DNA of 64,000 bases from Balanoglossus misakiensis. Its lineage: Eukaryota; Animalia; Hemichordata. The position numbers and the translations under genes were made by a program. The DNA lies in the NCBI GenBank assembly GCA_040954595.2, contig CM082577.2:13523903-13587902 (forward strand), in the 5' to 3' direction. Shown here piece by piece: positions 34,313-48,905 of this stretch (the first letter of the stretch is position 1; each line of letters starts with the position of its first letter). The notes below the pieces were generated by a model. It saw nothing but the letters and a program-made list of their open reading frames with translations, had not been told where the DNA came from and ran no database searches.

Positions 34313-37300
34313 CTACCTATTTCCTTGTCTCTTCTTCCAGTAGCAGTACGCTGCAGCTACGATTAAGAGAATGATACCAATACCTACCCCTAAACCAATT
34401 AGGAAGCTTTTCCAATCAAAGTTCCAGGGGCAAGCTATTAAAAAGAAGGATTTGTTACAATATTGGTGTCTACATCAACAAACAGGCGGTTGAAAACTGG
34501 CGCTGGCAAAATTCGACAAGGTGGACAAAACCGCAAGAAGACTCGCAATGGGTTTCACAGGCACAAACATGGGTTAAAAACTCGAGCGTAAATTTTTTTT
34601 TCGTGACAATTGACATCACAAAATGTACAGATCAAATATTAATTCGGTTTCAATGTTCTTAAAATTTGTTTATTTATAAATTTAGCCACTCACGAAATGG
34701 CATCACAAAATGCTATAGTTTGTGTTCAGCTATGTGTTCCAGCAAACATATCGCGAGTTTTCAGGTAAATCTTGAAGAAACATCCAGATATGCCGAGTTT
34801 ATTATTAATTGAAAACAGGTTCCACGCCCCACGCAAATACATTTTAGAGTGTTAAAGAAAGAAACTGTCAAAAGCCGGCATTCTAAATGCTTTATATTCA
34901 CTAACTTTTTGATTGACAATGCATTCTGAGTAACAAGACATACCAGACTTTTTCCCGGATATCTTGTCATAGAACTCTTCAGAAGACCAGTAAAAGTTGC
35001 CACAGCTCCGAAAACTTTCTGGCGGGGAACTCATTTCATTTTCACGGCCTTCTTTGAACATCAGCGCCATCCCTTCAACTTGGTGTATTTCGATGTGACA
35101 GTGAACGAACCACCAACCTTCCAACAGCAATAAGAACACAATCAATAAAAAATAACAGCAACAGCAATATTAATACTAAACACGATCATTATCACATCGT
35201 AAATCTGTGGGGCTAACTCATTCATCAGCATATATTCTCACTTTTATTAGTAAACGCATAACGCATTTTAGCATAAAAAGATACTTACGATTTACGTTAT
35301 TGTAAGCAAAATAGATTTTCCTTTTGGTATTCCATATTCAAGGCGGTCCAAGTAAAATTCCAAGGTGCCGTTTTTCAGACAACTGTCTATTTTCTGCTAC
35401 TAATTTCGGATCGACTAAATACAAAAATAATACCTGAATGGTTTCTTGAAATGCACCAAGTGGCAATGCATCTAGTGCTTATACGTAGGCATAAGATAGA
35501 CATACCCGGGTTATCAGCGAGGTACCTGACCACAACGTATCCCCCTACTGGCACGATGACTGTATCTTTCATTGGAGGATTTATCAGGTTGAGTCCAGGG
35601 ATGTTATCTCCGCCCCAAGTGGGGTGCCTCCATCTACCGTTGTTACACCGCGTGTCCTCGCCACAGTATATGTCTTTGTTGTCGCGAACATATGTCCCAT
35701 TCTCATCATACTCTGCAAAGCCAGTCTTTAACACATAGAAGTGGTGGCCATGCAAGTGCACTGGGTGTGGCGTTCCTCTGATCCCTTCGCCTGATGCAAA
35801 AGAATAGAGTAGAGCATATAAACTATTTTCTTGTTTTTATTCCTACACAGAGACTTCTTACACACGTTAACATAGCAAAGAATTGAAAGCTTTTGTTTAC
35901 TGCATTTTTTTTTAATTTGTCCCCAAAGAGCATTCTACCTAAATGATAGAACAGAGATATTTATTATCCTACCCGGGTACTGAACCATGTTATGCAGGAC
36001 GATTTGAACAACATTCCCAGTCTGAATTTCAATGAAGTGAGTGCAGCTGCAATGTTGTTTTGCACACTCAGTCTCATTACACACCGTCATATAATCTTCA
36101 TACTTCCCGCCAGGGAGGGTCTCCATGGAAAAGAAACAGAACATTTTGATTTACCTGTAACATGGAATTAACCCTTTACGTCATGTTGTCGTCACTTATC
36201 TCTTTCACATTTTTTGTCAAAAATTTGACCAAGGCCTGTAGGCAGTGGAGCTCATATCCAATTTATTGAAGAAAAATCCGGGCGGGGGAATCAGAGTATG
36301 TGAACTTCCTAAAACGTTAATATTATTCTAAATAGAGTATTGACGAGATGAATGTGATTTGTTGTGGTACGGCAGCAGAGAGGGAACGCGTGTTTGTTGA
36401 GCTAAACAAGGCGCACAACTCAAAGAAACCATAGGTTCAAATGGACACGCGTATCCGTCGCCATTTTAGCATTAATAGAGAGAGAGAGAAGTTTTGTAAG
36501 TAGTTTTCTTATATCGTCATATCATAATATCAAATGTTACAAATATCGGGTCTGGGTAACCGAGACTACCACGTCATTTCGAATGTGTACTGTAAATTAC
36601 TCCGCACAAAATGGCGGTGGATATTTGTTCGTTTGGGCACTGTGGTTAGGGAGTGTGGCGTGTAGCGCAGCGCCGAATTAGACAAGGACCAAGTCTAAAA
36701 AAATAGCTAAGAATATCCGAATAGAAAATGAGACAAATCTTTCAACATTGTGGTGGCAGTACAACACTTACCATAGGTGGGGTACTAGGTGTAATGAATC
36801 GCCTGCCATTTACTGAAGACATTCTTGAAATTGTTCCAGCGAAGTGAAAGTTTATGAAGTGTTCTTCTGCACCACTGGCGCTGATGTCTGGAATGCGTGG
36901 TGGCGGGGGTTGACTGGAAAGTGCCGTTAGATATGCCACAGGTATGCAGACTGTGTATTCTTTTGGCGGGAAATAGCTGGCGACAAAATTGTGCGATAAG
37001 TTAATCGTCGAAAATACGACACACTTGTGTTTACATGTTTACCCTTGCCAGCAGAAACATGCATTGTGCTCGCCATTGATTCGATTAAAATCTTAAAGTA
37101 TGCATGATCTCTGTGATGCCTACCTAAATGGACAGTTTACTGCAATGCAACGGTCTGATGCAGTGCACTCGGTGGGTTGGCTCACCGGCCATGTGTTTTT
37201 AGGAGCTTGATCATAGTGCAGAATGGCTTCCACGTGTCCGGGATAAATAGTGACCTTAAAAGGAAAAGGTTTTCACCATCAGAGTATCATAGATTTGATG

Positions 37301-40300
37301 TGTATTTTATCGCACCGCCAGTCAAACAATATAAGGGGCATATTAGCAAAGCCTACTCCACAGCAGGCTGAAATGGTATGTCTATTTGGTAACATGTCTT
37401 GACGAGGTGGCCATAAGCTTTATATAGCTAAACTGTAAACAATTTAGGCCGATTTTGTAGAACAAGGCAGCGTATCACTTATCTGAAATTTTTCAGTTTT
37501 TTTTAAAGAAAACTCCTTTCTCCCCCTCCCACTTTCACCCCCTTCTCCCTATCTTTCCTTCCCTCTAGGCTCCCCTCTCTCTATCTCTTTCTCTCTCTCC
37601 CTTCCTGTCTGTCTGTCTCTGAATGTATGTATAGGTATATTTGTGTAGTCAACTAACATTCCTGATATCGGCAGTTTCCAGTGTTGTTGCGCGTATCCAG
37701 TAGTTGTTCGTAAGTCCGTGCGTCTCAATATAGAAATCAAATCTCTCGCCAGAATTGATGATGATTGAATCAGAAACTTGGTTGCGAACTCGATTGCCAT
37801 CCGTTGCAACCACGTGTAACTTATGTTGGTCTATAGACACGCGGAATGCATAAATCATGGCCGCATTAATCAACCGAAAACGGTAAGTGCCCCTTCGTTT
37901 GACAGTAAATGTCTCCATAGGTATCAGGTAATTTTCGACGATGTCCCTTTTACCATTCGCGCCATACAGGTACGAAAGTCCTAGGTTTATGAAAAAAATA
38001 TATTGTCAATGACTTCATGACAACAAGAAATTAAGAACATTTTCATGGATATACAGTATGGAAAGGATTAATAGTGGGCTGTGGCTATGATTGGAAGGGT
38101 CACTGTATTTCAGGGAAAGATCGCCAAATCATGCAGAAGCATTTGGACGCTGGCTACTATTTTTCTTGCAAAGGGATGTGGATTAATATGACTGAAATGT
38201 TTCAACCCATACAAATTCCCAATTAATATAAGTTGTAACTCTAATATTGTTTGTCTTGGGTAGACCGTGTACAAGGATTATCATTTTGCAAAAAACATAC
38301 ACATGTATTTAAACAAAGCAAACTGAGAAATACAGGGGTACATGGTACATTTGCTCTTTGTATAGAGTCACTGTCGGTACATTTGCTCTTTGTATAGAGT
38401 CACTGTCTTTACATAAAGACAAAATTGCAATATTCCCGACCAAGTAGGCCAATTACTCCTTTTTAATAATTCCAAAATAGTTCTGACCCTGTTTCTCTTA
38501 AACCGCTTGTATGATTTCTGCAATAAAATCGGAGGTGAAGGCATGTTTCCTTTCAGATCACGGCAAAATTAGCAACATTGCCAAAATTTCTATTCAAAAT
38601 GGCTTCCTATTGGCCTTGTTGAATTGGACCGCAAGCTATGAAATATACGTGTAAACTACGGAATATTATCAGTAAACGAATGCGCAGGCCATGAGGTAAA
38701 CAAACATAGACAGTCTATCAGTTAAATCAACATGAGTTTACCTTTTCCATTTATCAGCCCAGAGATGAATGGCGAAACTCCGATTTCTGTGCCATCTGCC
38801 TGTCGCGTTTGGTAAAAGCACGCGTCTGTGTTGTTATAGCCCGGGTAGAATCTATCAAACATTATTATAGGCAACACCAATTTAATAACACGGTTCTGAA
38901 CTGTACCGAGATTATATCAGGTTATTTATCCCACAGGTTTCAAACCACAGAGGGCTGCAAACATAAAAGTTATAAATGGCAGAGTTCGGATATGCATCCC
39001 CCCCCCAATAAACAGTACTTGCTGAACAGTCTCTGTGCTTGTTTATTTTTCTGTGTTACCCCCACCTGTCGTATCAGTTGCTAATCCAAAATAAAAGCTA
39101 TCGCATTTCCCATTAAGCATGGAGTAAATTACCTTTGCATTTCCCAGAGAATTTGATTGTTGATATCAAGAGAAGAATTTCTCATCCAATCATGGAGAAT
39201 CATTATGAAGTCACCATCATAATCGACTTCTTCTTTCTCATCCTGTTGAAAGGAACATTAATATGTGTGTCATATGAGAATGTCTCTATAAGCTCGCGAA
39301 ATCTCTTGGAGTTCGGAAATGGGCCCACTATAAAGCTGTTTTGGAACCCCAGACGACCTAATATTTACTAACCTGTCTTCCTTTATCGTCCTCGTCTGGT
39401 AGGACAATCAAAGCACCGTATAGTCCATCTGTCCTTTGTGTGCCGAGATGGGAATGGTACCAATGGGATCCCGGAGGAGTGGCCAGGAATCTATTGCAAA
39501 AGCAACCACAGGAACAACGTCACTCTACCGAGTCGAGTCTCAAAGAGAAATATTTTAAACAACTTCGTTCCACCCTTGGGAAGCGGTCGTCGCGCCTCGT
39601 TGGTGTCGCGCCTCGTGGGTGTCCCCCCCCCCCCTTTGATGAGAATATGTCCTCCCATTCAAGCTCAAACCCCCACTGCAGTTGCCACGACCTACTACGG
39701 TCTTCAGTTGATGTCATGCCCAGTCTACGCTACGGTTGGCTGCTTCGATTATTCTAAAAAGATCTAATTTCAGGAGTTTGTGGATGAATTATAATGTTTA
39801 TTTACAAACCAATGCGGCGCGGCGACCGCTTCACTTAAAATGCCCCGTACCCTTTGTTAGTGTGCCAAGAAAGCAACGATTATTGTGAATTCCTCAATGC
39901 TCACATTTGATTGACCTAACGAACTTATACGCTGTCGCAAGAGCGCGCAGTTGACTAGATATGATAGCAGACAATCCGCCGAAATTGGCGACAAATGCCT
40001 GCATGGTTGCACTACAGATAGAGAGTTAGTCTGAGGTTGCACACCTTCTGCTGAAACCAGCAATCTAGAAATCTGTTGGTCAAGAATTTTTAGTTTCACT
40101 TTGAATTGTGTTCGACCAATTGACTGACCCATCCTGTCAATGAAAAAAATGCCCCAGGTTGCCTGGTTGTGCTGCGTCGACCAGAGGTATTTGGGTAAAC
40201 ATGCCGTGCGTTTTTGATGTCGAGGTTTCTGGCAGGCGTCCTAAATTACATGGGGTAGTAGAGAGACACCCCGAATTATACCTGTACGTGAAGGTTTCTC

Positions 40301-42581
40301 CCGGGTTGATAGGGCAATGCGACACGCCACCAACACCGTCCATCCACGGTGTGTTACGCTGTACCATTCCATGCCAGTGAATAGCAATGCCTTCCATCAT
40401 TAGATCATTTGTCACGTGTACCACAACCTTCAACAAAACGACCCGAAGTGATCTATCACGTTTCATCAAACCAGCAAAAGAATGTATTGTTTGTTTTAGA
40501 GGTATCAATCGATAATATTTGCTTGTATGCTTTGTCCACAGCCTGTCCATGATGAGCGTATGGGTCGATGAAGAGGACAGCGAGACAAAGGGATTAAGTT
40601 TATTAGGCACACATCGATTTTATGAAGATGTTTCGGTCAGTGCTATCGCGTCGGTACTACGCGATAGTGGAATGAGGTGTTCAATACCTGCGTGCCATTA
40701 TTGACAATGATCGGTGGTCCGGGCAGCTGGCCGTTGATAACGATAACTGATCTGTAGGATCCATCGGCCGTGATCACCTTTTCTTTCTCTTAAATAAAAA
40801 ACAAAACAAGAAGAATATTGTAAAGTGAAAACAAATTTAAAGCATATCTGACACTCGTTCACAAGCAGTATTGCATAGTACGTCCTAAATACACAGTAAT
40901 CAATTATAACTATTAGCGAAGTATCCGGAATGTTAGTTTTTTAGGTCGGGAGTTCTCCGTTTCTGGTTGCCCGACCGACCCTAGCCCTGGTATTTGACGT
41001 TGGCATGGAAACAAAAACAATTATTACTGTTGTACGCATTATTTAAACCAATTTATGGTCTATTCTGTATGTCTGAGAACACGTTATTGGCTCTAGGGCG
41101 GAAGAATAGGTTTAATCTTGAACATTTACTCTGTGGCCATGCTAAGGTCGACTCCTCCCATGCTAACCCCAACCACTCTGCTGTCAACAGCATCTATATG
41201 TAAAACTAGGGATTCAGGCGGTAAATGCAACTTATGTACACAGAACGAAATCATCTAAAACTAACAAAATTTACACATAGTGAAACTTTAAATTACCAGA
41301 TTTCTTTGTTGTTGTTGTTGACTTGGATCAATTAACTTGCAGAACTGAACACATGAAGGGGAATACATTCCTACAGTTTTCAGTTTGAAATGAGGAAATT
41401 AGGCCCTAAGGAGACCTAGTATACAATCATTTTTTTTACTGCGACGCCATTTGTGTGACAAAGTGCACTAGCATAAGTGCTATGTAAACATTGTCTTGTA
41501 TGCCTATTTTGTCGGCTAGACAAGATATGTACATTTTATATGCGACATTTTAGATTCATCTGTATTTGAACGGACCAGGATGTAACACTTACAAACAGGT
41601 ACTTGGGGCACACTGCTGTGATCGTTTCAAAAGATCTGTATTATACTCATTTCTTATCTCTTGGTATCCACGCTTCCGTGTCCACAGTAACATATAATTG
41701 TATTTTCATGTTAGCCCGTATACATCGAACTGCGCAAACACGGAACTTTACGGTACTTGTTTCAATTTTTTCTTCCTGGTTGACCACACAACTGGCTGGG
41801 GCGAAAAAAAACTACCAGTGCCTTGCCTCGTTCAGACCCTGACATCACAGCCTAATCTGATTACAATCAGCTGTAGACACATGAAGCGATTTTACCAACG
41901 CAAAGTTTAAGACACCGTCTTTATCTACAACTGATTTCTATTCAGATTGGTCAAAGCCGTGGCAGTGCTTGAAACGAGTATTCTCGCACTGTGGGTCAAT
42001 TGTTTTGGGAATTGGACCTTGACGTTTTTACATACTGGGGGTTTCTTGTGGAAATAAAATTTGGTTTAGCGTTTACTATCAAAGATAGATATCAAATAGT
42101 GTTTCACCTTGGGGTGGTTATATCAATTTGATTAATAAAAAATAACCTATTATCGTTTCCTTGTTCGTTAGCACGATATATTTGTATTGAGCAAGGCATT
42201 CAAACTAATTCATTTTCCATCCACTCGAACTCTACAGGCAAACATCTATCCCCCTATAGGAGGCAAGTTTAATGTTGTGTGTAGTCCCACAATGTGGTAA
42301 CTATTACCTGAATCAGACAGACGGTCTTGGTTGCCACACTTATTGACGTCCCGATTTCGTCTGTAATAGTCGCCCTGACGAGTGACTACAGGTAGGCCGG
42401 ACCCGGTTGTGGCGTTGTACGTCACCATGGTTTCCCTGTGCTCAACTTTCCATGTGAACTCGCAGATGGTGCCCTCCGCGTTGCAGTCACCGGTCGGTGT
42501 CAATTTCTGTGCAGCTGTCAAGGGCTGAAGTGCTAACGCGGCCGCAGTAAAAAGCAGAACACCTGCCATTAAGGAAGGCAT
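34313..42581 (-). CDS. Multicopper oxidase (laccase/ascorbate-oxidase-like) with signal peptide and C-terminal transmembrane helix, ~13 exons
   Basis: Signal [18 protein letters not shown] (42581). INGQLPGP (~40730), IHWHG (~40375), WYHSH (~39455), YRFRLINA (~37875), [10 protein letters not shown] (~35760), [27 protein letters not shown] (~35090). TM exon ~34313-34434 ([26 protein letters not shown]). Confidence 0.93.
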
Positions 42582-42794
42582 TTTGTTCTTCAGTGCGGAA
42601 GTGAAGTATGATATATACATGGAGTTGTGGGGCGGGTATGCGTACAAGAGGTAATGACATTTCCCACAATTCCGTTTTATAGACACATTCTGGACTCGTT
42701 AGTTCTCGACTTGCCCCAAGTCTATCATTGGGCTTCATTGTTTCATAATAAATACATTTGAGAAACTTTTTGTTCAAAGTCTGTCTATAGCATA

Positions 42795-43693
42795 GGCGTA
42801 AACGTTGCATTGACCGTATTGTCAACTCAGTGGTAACTGCTACTGAGAATGTAGCTGAAGGTTTGGAAATGGAACCAGAACTGGTCAGCCAAACAAATGC
42901 ACTAAAAGAAAAAGTACAAACCTCTTGTTTTCTCTGTTTGCTGCCTGTCACATAATCTATTCTCTTTAAAGGCAGCATACTTTCAAACACCGAACTAAAG
43001 TTCAGGAGTGTACATGTACCTTGCAAGCTTCATATGCACACAAAACACAAATTTGATCAGCACCAGAAATTACTGTTTTACCATCTCTTTGTTTGGGATG
43101 AACTTTTCAAAAGATTATACAGTGAGTTATATTTCAACCGATGATTCAAGATGTTTCTAAATATAAAGTAAGTTTAAAGGAAAATAGTCAATATAATGTA
43201 AAGCTGTGGCTTTGTCCAAAGGAATAGTAAGTTTAATTCACCTGAAACTATTTCATACTAACAAATAGTTGATACAGTACAGTAGCTAGCATGCTCGTTG
43301 TGGGCATATCACTAACATACTTCTGCTTTATCAACATTTAATTTCATTTAACTTTTCTTCAGCCTAGATATCAATATTCGCAGCCTTCTGGAATACTACA
43401 GGACAGTGTTCCCACAGGAAAACATCTTTCCCAAACTACATATACTAGAGTGCCATGCACTCTCACAGATTCAGTCAACCAAGATGGGTTTAGGTTTCTT
43501 GGGTGGGAATGGTGTAGAGGTCATTCACCATCATTTCAACCTGGCAATACAGAATTATGCTGCAATGCCTGATGAGTTACACAGCCTCAGGTTAGAACGT
43601 TTGGTAAAAGACCACCTGTTCGCACACACCCAAGCAAAAAAGAGTCGACATATGCACGGTGAGCCTGTCGGGTTATCACTGAGAAATGTGTAG
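42795..43693 (+). pseudogene. Relic of a second RAG1-like transposase (last two exons)
   Basis: ~42800-42965 gives NLLFSLFAACHIIYS (compare FNRLFKLLARCHSGYS at ~61340). ~43370-43690 gives FPQENIFPKLHILECH..GLGFLGGNGVEVIH (compare ISPKLHILEDH..GCGFHGEQGGESVH at 61650-61755). Confidence 0.75.
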
Positions 43694-46596
43694 ACACGTG
43701 AAGCCGTCTTACTGCTCCAAGATCTATACAAGGAAAATGCATTCAAGATGAAAGATCCGCGAATTAAAAACGAAGCCGTTTGGAAGGCAATATCTGACAA
43801 ACTTCGGTTATTCTGCTGACTCCTGCGAACTGAAAATACCTTAATCTGAAGGCAACGTTTACAGCAACATCTGACCACAACAATACCACTGGTAATGGCA
43901 GGAAAGGTTGCCCAACCCATGACCAGTTAAACTGGAACGGGTCAGTCAAGGAGACGTAAGCCCGACCCAAGTACCAAAATTTGCTGCGGGAGACAAACGG
44001 GACTATAAAATCAGGGCCACAGGGAGCAGATGTTCACCACACTGTAAAAAAAGCGGACGCGAGACACGTAATTACGCGTTCAAACTTTCGATGTTGGCGT
44101 TCAAATTTGAACACACAGTGTTCATAGTGTTAACGCCATGTAATTAAATAATGCACACACTGGTGTTCTTAATCTGCACAGAATGCGCTAACAACCCCTC
44201 TCCTTCAAGTGTTCAAAACCAATGCAAGATCGTAATTTTGAATGTGTGAAAAAATCAACAATTTTCGGTTGTTTTTAGTCTAATATGGTTTTGTCAAATT
44301 TGTAATTGCCTGGTTGTCCGGCAAGCATATACGAACTTGATATAAGGTGTAGCACAACAAATGAAACATTTCTCTGGTCCGCAGTTGCCAAAAGCATGTT
44401 TTTCCCGAAGAGAAGGTTCACACAATAGTTTTAGAGCTGTCTCGTTCATCATTCACCTGCAACAAGAGTGAATTTTCACGAAAATTAAGAGATTTTCAGA
44501 CACCGGTTGACTATGCAGAAGAGTGCAATAGGCTGTTGGAATCAGAAAGAACTCAAGATGGAGAGACAAGCTCATCACCTTGCAGTAATGGGTCAGTGTC
44601 AAGTGTTGAATTATCTGATGAGGATGACATAGAGGAAAATAGCCCGAGTGCAGATTAAAAAAGCCCGAGTGCAGAACCAAATACCTCAGTGTAAGTGTTG
44701 AGGCGCACAAATATATTGTCAGTTTCCAGTAACCAAACCTACCCTAGTACAAACTCCCTGACACAATAAACATTTTTTAACAACTTGAAATTCCTGTGAT
44801 AATCCAACTTGAGTGTTGCTTCTTTGTTATGGCAAACTTGTTCTGCACAGTATAATTCATTACATTTTCTAAGCATACTGGTACGTATCAAATCATAATG
44901 AGCCAGAATGTCTGTTGTGTTAAGAATTCTTAGCTCATCTATATGATTTTAAGCATTTTCTAGCAGCACACAGCAGATAAATATCTAGCAATGGACATGT
45001 CATGAAAGAAGCAAAATGGGTCATGTTTTTTTCCGGATTAAAAAGATGAATTCAGTTTATCTTGGAAATTGCAAAGTAATCTGGGGCATATTGCTTGATA
45101 AGTCTCTCATTAGACTCTAGTGACAATGAAAGAACCCAAACTGAGTTAAAGAATGATGCATCATGCCTGAGTGAGATATGTGAAATTACATTTCTTCCCT
45201 ACATATCTAAAATTTGCTTCTTCACAAAAAGAAGTATTTCTGTGTATTTTTGTTTTATCCATCTCTGAAACAAGGAAGGAAACAAAATCAAGGACGCCGA
45301 AACGACTATGTGATCAAGCCAGAGCACTGGCCATACCAACTTCAAGAAAGCGACAAAAAACACAGGAAAAGTTGCCCAAATTGACGAAGAAACAGACGCT
45401 ATGAAGAGAAGTGTCAGGAATTGTCATATTGGTATCAAGCTTACACACTAGAAGTGGCAGCTTGAGTCTTCCTTGAAAGATAGGTTTTTATCTGCTGGCA
45501 ACTAAATTCAACTAGAAAGGTACATATTGTAATACGTGCACGGCTAATGAAATATTGTGTGCATTTTAGCAATAAACTTGTAATAGTAACTTACAGTAAC
45601 ATTATCAATGGCAATAGTAACTTACAGTAACATTATCAATGCAGAACAAGATTTTATGTTTTTATGAGTAATCTTTATGAATATAATTCACAATGGTATT
45701 TGAAACTTCACCACTTTAGAGGTACATATCTTTTAAGCATTGGATCAATAGAAGTTGGAAAAAAGATATGTGAAGTCAAAGAAAATTGGGTGAAGCACCT
45801 GCAGGAATATATGGAGGAGTATTATAATGAAGCGTATCAGCCACTTGCTGTCGTTTTAAAATGAGAAAGCAAGCAAAACTTCAGAGACAGCAATGTAAGT
45901 GAGAAAAATGTATATTGCCGTAAGGGAAATGGCATATAATCACATCTTTCTTGCATTTATTATGATACGAAATACAAATTAGCTCTAACTTCTAAGGCTT
46001 ACAGGGAAAGTGGTTTAAATATTCATTTGCATGATCAGTCAGATTTATTTTGACAGGTTTATATGTTATGCTCTAGTGTTCTAAACATGACGCAAAGACA
46101 GAACGCATGTTCGCAGCGTTGCCCATTATAATGAGTTCGCTGAACACTGCGTCTCACGTGACTAAGCAAAAAGACGCGTCACAAACCCCATCTAATGCAG
46201 TCGCATCGATGACCCATATTAGGAGTTGCTTATTAGCATAAAAATTTACATATCGTTAATATGTAGAACGCGATCTGACCAATGACGTGCCCGGAAATAC
46301 GTCTTTTCCCGCTCTTTGTTATGAAAATCACGACCTTTTTTTTTCAAATGTAAATTTTGGGGTCAAATACGCTGTTTGGGGATATCCCGTCAATTAAAAA
46401 CAAGAAAGTACGAGTCAAACTTGCTTCCAGGTCAATAAGAAAAATTTTCACCAGTGCTTTTGTGAAATAATAAATTTTGATTTCGGCGCCTACACTAGTT
46501 TTGACGACAGCGACACTACAAGCCCCGCACAACCGAAAAAGCAGGCGAGCGAACACATCACATGCATCACCAAGTCATCGTGTCACAATACAGAGA

Positions 46597-46989
46597 ATGC
46601 CTTCACTTATCGTACACCAAGTACTGGCAGTGGGGATGCACCGCTATAAAGGTGCACTTACTGTCGGTGCTGGGTATCGCCTTCTGCGGGAGAAATCCAA
46701 CCCATACGACCAGAACGCCGTCGCAATCGTCGACAATGAAGAAGGCGCCCGCGAAATATACGGACATTTGAAGAGGGATGCCGCTCAAGTGCTCGCAAGA
46801 GTGATCGATGCGGCTCTATCTCCAAATTCCGTATATTTCCTCAAACCAAAAGAAAGTCCCTTCTTTCATTCTCGGCGATGCGGCGTCGTTCAGGTGTGTA
46901 ATGTTGGATTTCACCTGAAAGAAGGCGACCTACAAAGAGTGAAGGCGTTCGTGGAGAGCAAGGGCTTCAATGTGACGGTGATCGCCTGA
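46597..46989 (+). CDS. Stand-alone HIRAN-domain protein (130 aa)
   Basis: VGMHRY..YRLLREKSNPYDQNAVAIV...IYGHLKRDAAQVLARVID fits the HIRAN pattern L.REP.NPYD.NAI.V...GY/HL.R..A..LA; intronless, first ATG in this frame at 46597. Confidence 0.8.
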   Translation: MPSLIVHQVLAVGMHRYKGALTVGAGYRLLREKSNPYDQNAVAIVDNEEGAREIYGHLKRDAAQVLARVIDAALSPNSVYFLKPKESPFFHSRRCGVVQVCNVGFHLKEGDLQRVKAFVESKGFNVTVIA

Positions 46990-47576
46990 ATTACTGGTGA
47001 CACCGTCTACGCCTGGCGGTACACACCGCAACCAAACCAAACGGCCCTTTTCAGGGCCACACATCCTCCAGAAAGACATATACCGTTTGAAAAAAAATCA
47101 CTTGATGTTTTGATGTAATTATTTTATTATTTTTTAAATTCATTTTGTTGTTCTTTCAACTGTTTGTAATATCGCATACGAACGGGTTTCGCGTTTGTGG
47201 TTTGAGGTCATCAGCATTGCTCTTGGATACATGTACTTCGTCATGATGGAGTCGGGATTTTTTAAACGTTCTTTTTTATCAAGGTAGGGAACAATTAGTA
47301 TTTGTGTATGAATTACTTATTGATCTAGAAGGATCGGGGGAATCGGCCAGATAACCTGACAGTAAAACGGTGAAATCAAATGGAAATTCTGCAACTTGAA
47401 CCGCCGGTGATGTTTACTGTTTACAAATTGAATTCCCCTACACGGTCGAAGAGCTTTATATTGTGGTAGGTTTACAAACGATATTCCGGACATCTGTCAT
47501 GTACACATGGTGTTCTTGATGTTATACTGTTATATCTTCAGTCACCGAGTATAGTTCATTGTCTTAACTCATACTT

Positions 47577-47716
47577 CAGTGTTTCATTTAGGATGGCATC
47601 AACAGGGGGGATATGTCCCCCATTGCAAGAATATTGGTCCCCCCTTGACAAATTCCTAGGGGGTGCTATCATGTCAACAAGGGGGTGAATCCCCCCTCCC
47701 CCTAGATGAAGCACTG
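47577..47716. mobile_element. Small hAT-like MITE
   Basis: CAGTGTTTCATTTAGG ... CCTAGATGAAGCACTG imperfect TIRs; no TSD seen. Confidence 0.4.
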
Positions 47717-48905
47717 ATGTTTCTACTGTCAAGAAATTAAAATTACATTGTATGATGTTGCCACTTTCGTAATTTGTTTTATTGAAATGACTGTATTTTT
47801 GAAAATTTGTTTTAATTGTATAAATGCATAATTTTGTAAACTTCCAAATGTCAAAAAGCTAAAATAAGATGGCATGAAATTGAAATAAACGACTCCTCAC
47901 AACTGACCACTATTTGAGATTATCAGATTTTTATTACAAAGAACTAAAAAATTCATATAAATTTACATTCAATTCATGATTATTATAACAATGCACAAAA
48001 ATCTCTCTCAACCCCGAACCCACCCAATCCAACCCCATAACGATTAACAAATCAATTCCCATAATTTATAAATAATGATAAAAGAAAATAATACTGGAAT
48101 CCAATTTGGCGAAAGAAATGATTGCTGTATTTAAATAATATATGAAACCAAGTTTATTAAAAAAAATTTAAATGACACTCAATATTTTGCCCACAAATAA
48201 AAATTAATCGTAAAAGAATAAATAAATAAACCTAAAAGATAATAAAAATGTAATTAAAGCATAAAATAAAAGTAAACCATTGCACCTGAAGTGTTAGTTG
48301 AATAGGTTTCTAAATAGGAAAAAAAATTGTGTCATGATTTTTAAAAAAATAAAATTCGGAAATGATCATAATTTGAATTTTTATCACATGATTGACTGGA
48401 AATAATGTTGTAATGTTGGGTTATAATATCAAAAGTAATTAATTTGTTTCATTCCTATTTAGAAACCTTCAAATAAATTTACAATAAAAATATAATTAAA
48501 AAAATATATAAATTCTGTTGATTAGAAAATAGAAAATCAATAATAAAAATAATATTAACATTAAGCTCCTCAGCTGGTCAGCAAGTACAGTGGCAGTGAT
48601 TTTCAGTAACATCTGCTCCTCAAGAGGACTAAACATAATTGAAAAAAAGATACACACAAAAAAGAGATTAAATCATGGAAAGTAAAAAAAAAAGAATAGA
48701 GATACATGGTAAACTAATAGATAAACTGTGAAATAAGACCAAAAAAAGATTATAAATATATAAATCAATAAAATCTGTAGCCACTGTAATTAAATTGTGT
48801 ACTGTGTTGTGTATGTCTGTTTTTGTCAAGACTCCTGTGTTTTGTGCACAGTTAATATGATAGACAAGGGGAATGGGTGTTTGAATTTGAAATACACTGA
48901 TAATT

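Noticed and set aside
44400-45900. Short plus-strand coding-like pieces inside the EnSpm left arm
   Set aside because: Could be a decayed accessory gene, but no family or consistent exon chain was recognisable.
46344-46596. ORF extensions running through the left TIR (46344-46556 minus; 46477 start for HIRAN)
   Set aside because: Non-ATG starts within TIR sequence; the HIRAN similarity begins at ATG 46597.
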